A DNA stretch of 58,377 bases, filler included, from Dimargaris cristalligena (Eukaryota): NCBI GenBank assembly GCA_003614675.1. It is 2 parts of 2 records of this genome, joined end to end, with 100 filler letters (N's around TTAATTAATTAA, not from the genome) between each part and the next. Parts side by side here need not be neighbours in the genome. Positions count along the whole stretch, not along the records: positions 1 to 29,183 come from ML002490.1; 1 more part is not named here. One strand, given 5' to 3'. Position 1 is the first letter of the stretch; each line of letters opens with the position of its first letter. The position numbers and the translations under genes are program-made. The notes under the pieces were generated by a model. The model was given only the letters and a program-made list of their open reading frames with translations, was not told the origin of the DNA and did not search any database. Positions 13,219 to 26,602 of this stretch are shown here, in pieces.

Positions 13219-14247
13219 ATGCTGCCGCGCCTACTTAGCCTCACCGCCTCTTTCGGCCGTCTCGCCATTCGGACCCCGGTCACCCCGCTAATCACCCCCG
13301 TAACCCTGCGCGCATGTCGCCTGCAGGCGAATCCCGGCCGTGGTGTGGCTACCGCCGCTACTGTCGTGGCTGGTCGTAAAGCAAGCCCCGTTGCCGCCAA
13401 GAAGGCCAGCTCCAAACCCAAGACCAAGGCCAAACCTCGTACCAAAACCGGACTCTCGGCCGCCGCTAAATTAGCCTTGAAACCGAAGAAGAAGAAGAAG
13501 AAGGTTGCGGCCAAGGTGCCCAGCCTCAGCCGGGCGGTACTTAAACCCCCCACCACCTACCTTAGCCCCTATTCCGTGTTCATCAAGGAGCACTACACCT
13601 CCTATAGAAACCAGGGCCTGGCCTTTACGGAAATCATGGTCCGCGGTTCTCAGGACTGGAAGCAGCTCTCGCCCGCCCAACACCAGGTAAAAGAACACAC
13701 CTCTCTCTCTTATTGGGGATACTGGATTAGATCACCAGTCATATCTCTACACTGTCCTCACCTCCTTATTAATCAGTTAACCCACAGCCTGCCTAACACC
13801 CCTCTTGCCTATCCTCCACAACCCATCAATCAATCAACCATTCAATAGAAATACACAGATGCCGCTGCTCAGGCTCGGCAAGAACGGTCCCAGGAGCGGG
13901 CCGAATTCCTGCGACGGACTCCCTACAGTCTAATCAAACAGGAAAACTCCCGTCGCCGTAAACTGAACCGTACTGGTAAGAAGAGCCGTAAGCTCTCAAT
14001 GATCCGTCACCCCGACTTCCCCGCCCTGTTGGCCCCCAGCGGCTACTCGCTGTTCATTAGGGATACATGCGCCAAACAAGACATTTCGGCCCTGGCCCGC
14101 GCCCAAAACATACGGCCCATGAACTACGTCGCCCAGCTGTGGAAACAGCTGCCCGAGTCCGAGAAGCAGACTTACCGCCAGAAGGGCAAGGCAAATAGTG
14201 AAGCCAACCGGGCTAAGGTGGAGCAGTTCAACCACCAATACGCTTAA
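13219..14247 (+). CDS. Mitochondrial-type double HMG-box DNA-binding protein (Abf2/TFAM-like)
   Basis: Exons 13219-13686 and 13849-14247 join in frame. Arg-rich presequence lacking acidic residues, Lys/Ala-rich linker, two HMG boxes (SPYSVFIKE..DWKQLS..; SGYSLFIRD..LWKQLPESEKQTY). Confidence 0.8.
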
Positions 14248-15088
14248 GCTGGAGGTGTGCGGAGCCCGCTCTATATATTCACACACACACACTTCCCCGC
14301 TCTGCTTGCCCTTCTCCCTCCTTCACCATTAGAGGGAGGGGAGGGTCCCCGAAACTCGTGACCATATGGCCATGCTAAATCCTCGCCACGGTCGTCCACT
14401 TTGCCCGCCTCTAATCCCTCCCTGTCGTTTATTAGCCATTTATCTCCGTAGTCACTAGTTTCCTTCGGGCTTACCCTACCACCACGCCCTTGCCATATTT
14501 AGCTACTCTTCCCAAACCAATCAATAAATCATAATTACCCGTTTGTCAAATACATCCGCAATGGTCGTTGCTTCCCTTGGCCCTCTTCCAGTCGCGGATA
14601 TCCAGTCTTTTCCGAACCAAATTGGTGTGTCTAAATCGGGACAGCGTTCCTGTCTACCTTTGTTGAGTGATTGTGCTTTTGATCTTGGTGAGTTGGGTTT
14701 GATTACATTCAATTAAACATCGTAGTAATAATTATAATAAAATAGGACTTAACTTAAATCTGTGTTTGGTAAATATATAATATGTATGGATAAGGCAAAA
14801 ACACCATATCGGGTTATCCATCATAGTACGGGATATCCGAAGAGAGGCCCCATTGATTGTTTATTAGAATAGGTGTGCTCTCCTCACTGGCCAGGCTGCT
14901 ATCTGCAATTTTTTTATAAAAGTCCAAAAGCCAATGTGGAATGGGCCCAAATCGCTGCGATTAGATCAAGTAAACCATTCTAATAGGGCGCCCCTAGCTG
15001 TCTTCCTTTTTTCTCATTTTCTTTTTTCAATCCTCTTATACATGCTTAATCCCGTTTGTGTCATTGAAACCCCCCTTTACTATACATC

Positions 15089-16927
15089 ATGCCCAACAAG
15101 AAACGGAGACAAGTCAAGGCGGCTGCGAGGTAGGAACTCGATATTACATACCATTACTCTCCACCTGTAGAATTCCCATGCGGCCACAAGGGACAGGAGC
15201 ATTGGCGGCTTTGTAACTAGCTGCCTAATATATCCCTGACCGGGCCGTCGACCCTTTTCAAGAATATGCCACAGTTCCCTTGAAAAAAATATATAAACTC
15301 ACACCACCTTCGCCCGTTCTTGGGCGCCCCTTTGCTCCTATTTCACACTTGCTTACTCCATATACTTATCCGCAACCCAGTTCCGGTGAAAAAGAGGACA
15401 ATCGGATTCCGGGTAAATCCAGCTTCAATGACACACCGTATGCCTTTCGTATGGCCATGAAGATGGTTGAAAATGGGCCTCGCAAGCGTAAGAGACCGGA
15501 ACCGACGAAACCCGCTCTTGCCACTCATAGTGAAATTATTATGGTAAGTTGTTTTCTCTCACTCGGTCAAGTCCCATCGGACTTGTACTGATTACATATT
15601 ATTATTACCCATAATCGCCTCCCGTCGAAATCTTTCCCGACTTTGCCGGTATAAAACCCCGGCATTTTCACATAACAATCTAGTATATTGTGATTTAGTG
15701 TCCATCCTCGTATTTACCCCCCTCCCCCCTATTTTTGACCTATACTGTGAGATGTTCGTAGAGCAAAAACCTCAAAATCGAGAAGGGCGAATCTCTAAGC
15801 CAGTTTGAAAAGTAAGTGTCCGACTATCGCCGCGCAACAGTTGCTAGTATTCGGTAAACTAAGCATTTAACCGCCCGTCTTCAAAGCCATTGGATGTCTG
15901 GCTAGCTAGCCGACTGTATAGCATACCATTAATACTAACCTTAATATTCGCTGCTTTTGCCCACTATTGTTAATTTTCCAGACGAGTTGATGTGGTTGCT
16001 GAGATTACCCAGGCTGAGGTGAAAGTATTTGACACTAAGAAGGCCCAGAAGCGTCTAGCGTAAGTCCATTTATCTTCGTGAATCTAGGTTTTCGTTTTCT
16101 CTATCATCGATTACATTACGCATCCCCCCAGCCTTATGCTAGATTAATTCAGACACCCATTGCTCCGGCTTCTTAGACTTACTGAGCCCTAAAATTGAAC
16201 TACTCTATTTCAATGCACTCCCTCCCTCACCTTCCCTTTTGCGAAATCTTCTATAGGCATTTCGAGAAGCTCAAGGAAAAGAAGAAGAGCAAGAAAAAGC
16301 CAAGCGGCGATATTGCCGAACCTAAGGATTTCCATCACCTTACGGATAAGGTCAAATTCAACGAAGTGGCCGAGGCTCCGCCCATTTTCCAGAAACTCCC
16401 CCGTCCGATGCGGAAGACCATTATGCCTGGCGAGGTAAGTCCATACCTCAATGCATACCGTTTTTTTATTATATATACGTTACTGCATGTATCCCATTCG
16501 GTTTTTGTAAAACACAATTGACCTTACCAGGACCATTCACGTCGCTGTTAGGGTGGCATATTCTCCAACATGACCTTTCCCTTACCTATCAAACTCTCAC
16601 TATTTTTTTGTAATTGCCGCCGCCTTTTACATAATCATCCTTTAGACGAAACCTACCTTAGTTAAGCCCCGTTCGGCCACCAAGGTCGAGCCTCTTCTTT
16701 TGGAGAGCCAATTGCGACCCGGGGAACAGGAAGTGGCCGACGCTAAGGCCAAGGCGAAGGCCAAGCTTAAGGATATGACGATGGGTCAGAAACGTATCCT
16801 CGAGGAAGAGCGCACGCGGGTCATTGCCAACTACCGGATGCGGAAAGTGGCGGCCTACGAGTCCCACAATCAAGCGAGAGGGGCCGCCGATCCATCGGAT
16901 ACCGCGTTACTAGACGACGGGCTGTGA
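15089..16927 (+). CDS. CCDC137-like basic coiled-coil (probably nucleolar) protein
   Basis: Exons 15089-15129, 15381-15543, 15762-15811, 15982-16059, 16257-16434 and 16646-16927 join in frame. Motifs DTPYAF, GESLSQFEKRV, DKVKFNEVAEAPP, EEERTRVIANYR. Confidence 0.75.
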
Positions 16928-17213
16928 GGGGGCGGTAGTTTAGGCGATTGGGTGCCCCAGGAGTCCGAATCGTCGGGTTGGTCGAATGTCAGCCCCTAAA
17001 ATTATTACAGATGGAGCTTCTTATTATTATTATGGTGTAATAATTAAGCCGCTCGGCCCATTACCCTCGAAAACTAGCCTCATTTGATTCTATTAAAAGT
17101 TATTATATTAGGTCCAATAAATGTGGCAGGTGGTAGAGGATTCTAGTTTGGCTTATACCGTTGTCAGTAAGTCAATATTGTAATGTATCAGGACGTGCTT
17201 CAGCAACGTTGAT

Positions 17214-18972
17214 TTAATGCTGGGCCAATTTCGACTATACCCGTTACATCGAGCACCGTTGTGTTTACAGTATGCATACCAATATAACCAACAAAAATAT
17301 ATTAATTGATTGATTAGTCGTGGCTGGATTAGCCATAATGAAATAGATTGGGCTAATAGTCCGGGAAGTCGAAGCGACACTATATCAGAGCCGCAAATAC
17401 GCTTGGTTTAGGTATACGATCTTCGGTGGACTTACCTCAAAGAAACGCCGAATATCAGCCTCGGTCACCACCTGGCCCGATGATGCAAAAGGAGCTAAAT
17501 AAGACTTCAGCTCGTCCCGCAGTCGGTTGTAGGCTATGATCCCGTCAATGGTTTCCGACTGACCCATGGTGGCCAACGCGCGCATTCCCGAATCGAACAG
17601 GGACACGGAGCTATCCGTGTCTTTTTCCGGCTCATACGGAGCATCGTCGTCCAGAATAAACGTAAGTCCGGCGGCTTGGAGGAGGGGGTAACACGTCGAA
17701 CAGTGGCAAATACTGGTGCGGCGCCAGTCGTCCCGCCCGAATAGGACCAGGGCTTCGTCAGAAGCGGAATGGGGCGGCGGGCCCCGGTGGCAGACTTCCT
17801 CGGTTTCGGTACGGACCCGTTTATGGGGCCGCCGGTCCGCCGCTTGGGAGCCATCGTTGTCGTTGTCGTTGTCGTTGTCATTGTCGGCGTCGATGGAGGT
17901 GAGGGGATCCTTTTCTCCGGGGGAACTCTGTTCATTCACCCCGGTGGCTAAACTGCCGGTTTCGACCTCAGTCGGGGGGTCCAGCAATGTTTCTACTTTG
18001 TGCGTCGCCCGATTGACTACACCCAGCGTCACCTGTTTCGAAGGCCTGATACGCTTGAGTATATCCGCGTGTCGGTCCGTACACCGGGCGCAAACAAATT
18101 CGTCAAAGTCGGCATTCTCAGGCATCTAAATAAATCCGCCCATGACCACGGGAATCGGTTAGATTATGTGCAGATTAGTTAATTGGGCTAAACTGTAAAG
18201 TGGCAAAAGCTACCACTGGGAATAACGTGTGAACTAGTGCAGTAGTGCAATTTCTCTAGGCGGATGCTGGACCCTCTTCCCCTACTCTATCTACTTAACG
18301 GGGTCCCACCATCTAAACCATCGCTCAGGGGATATCAGAATCAATAGGACGCCTTACCTTGCCTATACATGTGCTATGGTACCAGTCGGTACACACTGCA
18401 CACTGAAACATGACCCGATCCTCGTCGTCGGGATCATACAGAGAATTGCACCAGCAATAGCGGCCCAGAAAGTTATGCGAATAAGTGTTTTCCGTATTAA
18501 TAATGTCCGCTTTGGGTTGTAACTGACACGCCCGTTCAGTCGCATTCGGTCCAGCACCCACCATACGCCTGGTCCCGCAGTCGCATCGAAAGTGTCGCTT
18601 ATTGAATAGCTCAATGACTTCGTGACTGGAGTGGCAGGCGATACTGCACGCGTAGCATATTCCCGCTGTACTCGCCAGGTGAAGGCCGGCTAACCAGGGT
18701 TCTAGTCGACTCGTAGAGGGGGTGGTCGTAGTCACCAAAGGGTCCAGTTTGGCTGTGATTAATGGCGACGTGGGAACCGACGGCTCAATAGGCAGGTCCC
18801 CCTGGGCGGCCCGACTACAGGTCAAACAAACGTAGACGGGCTGGTGAATGTAACCCAGGTCGAAGGTGCAGGCGTCGAATTTGCCAGGTAGCACCTCTTC
18901 AGCCTCCTTCTCCAATTGCGTCTGAGTCGCAATGAAATCGGCGGCCGTTAGCGTACTGTCGGAGTGGGCCAT
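17214..18972 (-). CDS. UBR7: UBR7/Mlo2-like UBR-box + PHD E3 ubiquitin ligase
   Basis: Exons 18972-18358, 18125-17436 and a probable 17234-17214. UBR box CTFDLGY..QPVYVCLTC..CYACSIACH..ELFNKRHFRCDCG; PHD YCWC..MFQCAVCTDWYHSTC; C-terminal GQVVTEADIRRFF. Confidence 0.9.
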
Positions 18973-18998
18973 GGCATAGGGAGGAGGGGGGTGGGAGA

Positions 18999-19023
18999 TG
19001 TGTGTGTGTGTGTGTGTGTGTGT
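18999..19023. repeat. (TG)n microsatellite just upstream of the UBR7 start
   Basis: Perfect dinucleotide run read directly. Confidence 0.9.
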
Positions 19024-19444
19024 AAATAGCCGAAATGTAGAGAAGCGCAGGAAGGGAGGGAATATTAACAGAAAAGGGACGAGAAGGACGGAAGAGGGTG
19101 GCGGCTCCAAATTGACAACAATGTCCCGCGGTTGTCGCGTGCGGAGTAAGAATAGTTCTGTGGGGGGGAATTCACCCAGGGTACAAAAACCATAGTTATT
19201 GTAAGCTGGAGAAGTCCGCTCGTAAAGTGGCCCGGAGGGAGCGCGTAGGAGGCAGTTAAGCCCCTCACCCATCGCCTTGGGGAGACGACCCACCATGCTT
19301 CCCAGGCTACTCCAGCCACTTTATCCTCCCATTGCACTCAGTATTCAATCTGGGCATCGTTTCAACTATTGGGCTTTCCTCAATCGACCCCCTTCTGTTC
19401 TTTTTTTAGCGTTTTCTCTATTTTGATTGCAGTTTTTGGTAACC

Positions 19445-20219
19445 ATGGACCAGAACACCGTCTCTAATGTAAGCTCTCTGCAGTTCGACATTCCTCCCAA
19501 GCCCCATCGAGGTGACTCCGACTACCCAGCCCTATAATGCTCGAGACCAGCCTCTATCCCGCTTTCCAATCCACACTCACCATATAAACTATATATATAT
19601 TCCTTCCCCACCGGTGGTTTCGTGGCTACTTTGTTTCTCTCCGTAAACAGATCCTCCGCACGCTGCAAACCAAAATCATCGATGGTCAGAAGCAGCTAGG
19701 CGCCGTCCGGGCCCAGATTCAAGGTCATGAACGCGAGAAGCGTCGCAACGAACTGACCCTCCGGGAAATCGATAGTCTGTCGAATGACGTGACGCTTTAC
19801 AAATCTGTTGGCAAAATGTAAGTTATATGGCTCACTAAACACCAACCGTTTTTGTTCTATTTATGGGTGCTGGTACTAGTCCCCCCCCCATTGTTTCATC
19901 TCCTGTACTCATTTTACCCATAACACTACTGGCAGCATTAGATTAGAAGCCATATTCGTATGCATGGACGTTCATTTAGATTATTAACCCCGCTGGCATC
20001 TTATTGAATCTGTTCTTTCTTACCTTACCATCTATGGGGCTGGTGGGCTCTAGGTTCTTGCAAATGGATCACAGCATTGTTGTGAAGGACCTCAAGAAAG
20101 AAATTAACGAGTCTTCCGAACAGGCCAAAGTTCTTGAGAAGAAGCAAAAATACCTTGAGCGGGATCTGGATAACTGCACCACGAGTCTAAAGGACATCAT
20201 GCACCATTCTCGGGGTTAA
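19445..20219 (+). CDS. PFD1: Prefoldin subunit 1 (beta type)
   Basis: Exons 19445-19468, 19651-19817 and 20054-20219. Coiled coils flank the hairpin YKSVGKMFL; C-terminal LEKKQKYLERDL. Confidence 0.85.
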
Positions 20220-20619
20220 AAATCCACTCATTTTACCCAATGTGTTCACATACAGCCTAACATGTCCACTCTCCCCAACTGATAATAAACTCACTGAGAC
20301 CAATGCCGATTAATCTGGAATATTTATTCGCTCATTTTTTGAACCCGGTGATACTGCGTGCCCTTAGCAGCCCTGGGGGGGTCTATTACTTCGTTGCCAA
20401 GCTGGCAGTGTAAGGCTCCAGTCGAGCCCCATTTGAAATGAGACTGTATAGTTGGACGATATACATATAAAATGGATCATTTATTTGGTATCAAGGTAAG
20501 GTAACAAGCCCGAGAGTCTTCTGGTGACTTCTCCGCCCAGAATACCATATCAAGAGTAAGGCGATAGATCAACCATGTCTTCAAAATATATTTCGCAGAG
20601 AAGGGTATGGGAAGCTGCA

Positions 20620-21889
20620 TCAGAGTTCCAGTGTCTTGCGAACATTGTCCCGTACAATCCGGTTGAATTCCTCGCGGTTGTCACGCCATACCTTGCAAGC
20701 ATCGATATTTGCCCCACTTTCGTCGTTGGGTTCAGCAATCATGCTTACAACGGAAAGTAGAATCTTCTCCACGCTCTGCACGGGGCTCCATCGTTCGGAG
20801 CTACTCTCGTACATGTTGGGGTCATCACCCGGAGGATGCAGAATGGAAATGCAGACCACACCATTTTCATAGACTATTGATTCCCAATGTGAGGGGCAGC
20901 GGGGAACAGGTCCGAGAGAATTAGTGAGCAAGAGGATGAGTGAGTGATAGGTAATATATCACCTTGATGGGGCTACAAAACGGGCTACTCCGCTGCCTCT
21001 TGTTAGTGGTCTAGCTAAAATGCTAGTGCGCGGACCAGAGTATGATTGTATTGCTGGGCTATATATCCCCGTTATAGTACGAAAACTTACCATTAGGGTG
21101 GAACATGGGGCAGGTAAAGCGCATCTCGGGCGGATTGAGCGGATAATCATGGGGGAATGTAATGGTTGCGGTGAAAACTCCGCCCTCGTACGGGGTATCG
21201 TCGGGCCCCCTAGATATGACCAAACATACAAATATTGAGGTGGTGAGTTAGTAATGCATATTTTAAAAATGTCCATCTACGGATTTGGGGTTGGGCCGAC
21301 TGGCCATTGACCTGAACGTGTTCAGCGGAAGCCATTTTGATGTAACGTCGACTAAACTATGCTATGATTTTGACTTACATAATCAGGGCCTCCCATTCGA
21401 AAAAATTATCTTCCGATATAGGACCTAAAAGTAACGTTGACCAAAGAATAGATTCAAATTCGGGTTTCTGGTGAATATCGGGGTACCACTCTGGAAAAGA
21501 GTGTGGTCGCTTCGCTTAATCATTTCCAGGCGAGTGGAACAATAGATTTTAATAGAGTGCGGTGTTAGACGAGACCATAGCTATCGGAAGCTTACCAGCT
21601 GTAATGCCATCGGGTGCATTCACCGTGAGTTCTACCGAGGCCAATGGGCAATGCGCGGAGGAGGTACATGGGCAATTGGGGGCCGTTGGGTGAATAAATG
21701 AGTAATACGGGAGAGGTGAGCAACATAGAGGTTAGTTGTGAAGACCATCGAGTCAACCGTTCGAACTCTTGCCAATGAGACTACCCCAGTTGGCCCATGA
21801 GATGGACCCCAAGGGGCGCGTCTGGACAATTTACCTTTGTACTCCTTCATGAGACGCTTAAGTGCCGTGGCACTGGGTTTGGTGTACAT
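20620..21889 (-). CDS. UBC7: Ubiquitin-conjugating enzyme E2 Ubc7/UBE2G2 (ERAD)
   Basis: Five exons, approximately 21889-21835, 21631-21596, 21424-21379, 21209-21092 and 20874-20620. [56 protein letters not shown] with the Ubc7 acidic-loop insertion. Confidence 0.95.
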
Positions 21890-24800
21890 GGTGTGGGTCG
21901 AAATAATACCGGCTCAATGCGGTAATAGCAAAGTCGGGTGCGGGTCGAGAGTCAGAAACAACTTGGCAGGGGAATCGATAATAGGTCCTGGACGATGGAA
22001 GAATGGTGAATGAGCAGAAGAAAGTAGAACAAAGACCCAGCCCCCGATGCTAATGTGGGGTTGCCTTTATACTTGGGAATACGGTTCCCTAGGGTTTCCA
22101 GTGGTGGGGGGGTTGGGTATCACCCCAGCTGCACTAACCGATAGTGATAACTAGTTAGTCCCGTGAGTACTGCGCATCCAGAAAATTGCGGGGGTGGAAT
22201 ATACAGTGCCTGTAGCTGCGCTTTAGGTACCTCCTACTTCCGCAGTTTTTTTTTAATAATGTTGGTAAAAAAGGAGTAACCGTAGCGGGGTAGATGACAT
22301 TGCTTCTGTTAACTACAAAACATTGGCCATTCCATTCCATCACCTATCAACCAACAATCTAAAAATGGCCCCACTCTTTAATGGTTGAGTGGGCTTGCAA
22401 AGGCTAGGAAGTTGGCCCAACCGAGTTCCCTTGGCACAGCGTAGCTATAATAGTGGCCACAACCCGCGCTCCTTACCCTGAATTGCCCATTACAATTCGT
22501 CCAGCGGAACTCGCTAGTTTGATATAGCCTTGAATGAGAGCCTCTGGCCAATTTCTCAAGCAAAATAGCCTATGGTGACCCAATAGTCGCCACTTTGTAC
22601 TCACCGTATTTAATACTTTGCTACGGAGGTGTTTTAGTGGTAACTTTCTAGGTGCTTCTATTTACATGCCCCACTCCAGAATTTATGAACCGAACACTAC
22701 GGTCTAGGTATATTCCCATCTGGGCCTAACTTAAATGATATAGGTACATACATATTGACTGACATTTCCTCCTATGAATGGAGCAACCGAGTAGGCCCTA
22801 CGTTGGCCTGGTTAAAATATCACATAGCCCTCAGCTTGAATTGATTACCCAATAACATACATCCTTCAACTTTAATACAGAGAGTACCTGACATGCAAGC
22901 CCAGTTTGTGAGGCTGGCCACACTAATATCCCTCCATGATATAGGTGATAGCAATAAAGCCTAAATATTGCCGATTTATAGTCAATCTCCAAAATACATA
23001 GCTCAATTGAAATGTGGTAATGGACTGGTTTTGCAACCGCTCGACGAATCCCCGGCCCGCTCTCCCTCCCCATCACGTGACAGAACTCCGGCCGGTCCCC
23101 CAACGAGCGAAGCAAGCGCGATAAGCGTTGGAACCGAAGAACCGTAATCGAAAGCGTAATTATAAATTAAGCGAAGCTATGCAAAATTGAGGAAAAGTGT
23201 GTTTCAATAAAATATTTAACTTTATTACTAACATTCATAATTCGCCCGAATTACCCTATCCCACCTCGGACTCGAACCCTACTGGTAAAATCCCCCGGTC
23301 CACCTCGACCCCGTTACAGTTTGACATGTTGACTACTTTGGTTAGTTTTGATTTTCCGGTGTATATCTAAACCGTCGGGGCTGGGCTGCGAATGCCACTG
23401 TACGTGGAGATGCCTTAATCATTGAAGAGTTGGGCAATCGTAGCCGGGCTGGCATAAACCGTAATTCCCCATAAGGTACCAGCTGCTAGGGTAACCAACT
23501 GGTGCTAACTGCAGCTGGGACAGAGATGGCCAGGCTAATCATTAGCAGAACGGTCCAGACTGGCATTTATCTAAGAGTCTTACCGAATATAGTGGGAAGA
23601 GCTACAGGTCCGGCCGACGAGTGTGGATTTAAATTAGTGTGGTCAGCCAATCCATAGATGATTGCTTTTATCAACGATCAATGAAAATAAGGCCCAAACT
23701 GGTGGTGGTGATAAGGGGGAGAAAGGATCTATCTAATAAGTTGGTCATTTTACATGGTCCTTCAATTATCTGAGCCATGTATTTTCACTCTTGAAATGGA
23801 CAATCCGAACCGGATTTCTAGGAAGGAATATGGTAGCATCATTGAGATGTCGAGATTGGCCAGCATCTGAGGAAATAGCGGCGTTCCAAACTCCCCCGAT
23901 TAAGGATGGGCTGAGCAAAACACACTCCCCTTAGTCGTAAAGTGGCTATCATGATGTAATTTGACCGGCTGAACCCCACCATATGGCTCTCCATCTGGCA
24001 ATGTAGTACTGTCTTGAGATGCAGTCGAAGGCGAGGCATACATCATTGATCAATAGGCCAAGTTATTTTTAAAATCGGAGTTTGCAGCATAATAACATAA
24101 AGGCGCCATTTGATACCCGCCTGCACTGCATTGGCGTATTAGGTGAAGCTATTTTACTATGTATAAGGGAAGCTCTGCGGAGTAACACTTGAAAATTAAT
24201 ATTCTAATATACCTATGCGCACATATATATACGCGCTGTTTTGATTGTAACGCGCCCAGCGGTTAACTCAGTAACGAAGATTGTTTAGGGTACAGTCTAG
24301 TAGGTGCTAGAGCGGGGAAAGGTCGGAATTTGGCTATTAATAATTCGGACCAATAGTCCACAAGAGGTGAAGTGGAGTGGAGAGTGGATCGACTTATTCT
24401 ACTCCCAAAAGCGGCGGGTCTTTATTGTTGCTCCCACCAAAGATGTCCCCCTTTTCCCCCTTCAACCACCACACCTCTAGACCAAGCATGGGCAACTAAC
24501 TACTGGATAGGGGTGACCGGTACGATGGTATTCCAGTTTCCCTTGAACTATGAGGGGCTGAACATGGTGATAGTAATAACCATCACTGGCTTTTTGGCTG
24601 TATTTCTAAAAATATACCCAACTTCGCCCATCCAAAGACTGAGCAATCCGGCCGACATTCAACATTCGATAATAGATAATCCTGATAAAGGCGATTTTAG
24701 ACCCTCTATTTTGTTTTTACATGGGCTTAAAGAGGTCTACGAGGCATGTAACAAAAAAAAACTATGGGGTGCCAAGTCCGCTGCAGGGCAATAATCTGTT

Positions 24801-26602
24801 CCTCATGACAGCCTATCCCACCCAACCTTAAACTGGCGACCTGCATCGTCGAAAAAATCGACATCGGATATTTATGGCCTCGTTGCTCTTGGGTGGGATT
24901 GCCCCGAGAACAAAGTCAAGGAAGTGCTTTAAATTGGCGATTGGTGTAGTTGAGTAACAGAGAGTAGCTAATAAGGTAAGCCAGGCGGTCGAGGAACACC
25001 CTCAATAGCGAGGGGTATAAATGGCTCAGCAAACGAGGAATAACGCTCGACTATGGCGCTAATCAAATTCCCATCATTATTGGCGGGCCTATCGGGTGGC
25101 TTGCGGGGCATTGGCGACGGAGAGGGGATTGCAGCTCTGGCGCTCCAACGACGCGAACGAGAAGCTGTGGATAAACAAGGCTGACCTGGATCTAAATATA
25201 GCAAAAGGTAGCGGGCGTATACAGTTGAGATGTTGGGGGCTAGAGGGAGAGTGGGGGATTTAGAGTAGATGGTTCAACATAGTTGAACGAGGGAAAAGGG
25301 CGGAACGGAGGGAAGAACATCTTTGGTGGTGGGCGGATTTGGTGAAGGAATGAGGTTTTTGCCTGGCCTTGTGCCTATGTTTCTATTTGGCTATTGTTTA
25401 GCGAGGGCCTACGGTTGATTGACGGTTTGTATTCCCAGCCAAACTGACATGGTATTAGCCCAAGAGTAAACACCAAAAATATCTATAAATATTGCCCACT
25501 AGATTTGGCCGATGGTGCCAGTGTGTTACAAATGAAACCTGGCCACCGTATAACCGATGACCCACACCATCCCCTCCTCCTTATTTTTGATTGCTGACCT
25601 GCTGGAATAAGACAGAAGCTCTTGAACAGCATGCACTATTACTGCATCTAATAATACATTCCACTCATCACTTTTGGTTTGAATTAGTGGACTGGCTGCT
25701 CCTTCACCATCACTCTGGCATGGCTCATTCCGCCTCCTGTTAAGCACGTATGACGTGGTTCACCCGCACAGCCTCTATTGACAATTCTAATCACACTATT
25801 GTGTATTTTTCTGATTTAAATGATTGTCATGGACCAGTGTTAGTTATTTAGACTGGCTTGGCAACAAATGAGTTGGAGGGCAAGGGTGGAAGTTGGTATA
25901 ATTGTGGACAAGCGATCACCCAGTTACTAATAGCCATCACTGGAATAATATTTACCACCAGCTGGAGGAGACGCAAGGTAAGCGTGGTGTGTATTGTGCT
26001 GTTGCTGCTCCCTCTTCCCTTATCCGCTTGACCTGTTATGGGGTGTGTCCACCACTATTTGCCATCCTCCCGGGGGAGTCATTGGATTGCAGGATTTACC
26101 TAACGCAGGTGGGGCCAGTCGTAGGGGAGGAACGACCAACAGCCAAAAGAGAACATGGATGGTGGTGATTTATGGTGATTGGCCATGTCTCCGTGTATCC
26201 ACTCACTATTACCTCCAATAACCACGAACGGAATTCGAAGCATCAACTAACTGGTGGAGATCCTCCTCCTAGGCCACCCGCGCTTCCCTTTCCGTCGGCC
26301 ACTTTTCCTTCCTTCCTACCTATACCGCATTCACTAATAATCAATGGCCTACACATCCCCCTCCGGGTCAAGCTGGCTCGGTCGCCTTGCTTCACCCGCA
26401 ACTGGGTCGAGTCAGTCGTTCATTATTTAAATCGGACAGTTTCCGCTCCCCTAAATCCTCACTACTATTCAGTTTCATTCTCAGACATTGTGCACTAATG
26501 AGTCTTGCCGTCCTATAACTCTCGACATATATCCCTAATCCTACTCCTTACGCCCCCTATTGTTTATTAATCGATCACTCGCATCACATTACCTCTTACG
26601 CC

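Noticed and set aside
17854-17886. (GTCGTT)n hexamer repeat
   Set aside because: Coding microsatellite giving a DNDNDN linker in UBR7; not a CRISPR-like or regulatory array.
18973-19296. N-terminal extension of the UBR7 ORF in the ORF track
   Set aside because: It runs through the promoter shared with PFD1 and a TG microsatellite; homology begins at ATG 18972.
24372-24794. 140-aa ORF in the long intergenic region
   Set aside because: Non-ATG start, no motifs and no supporting splice structure.
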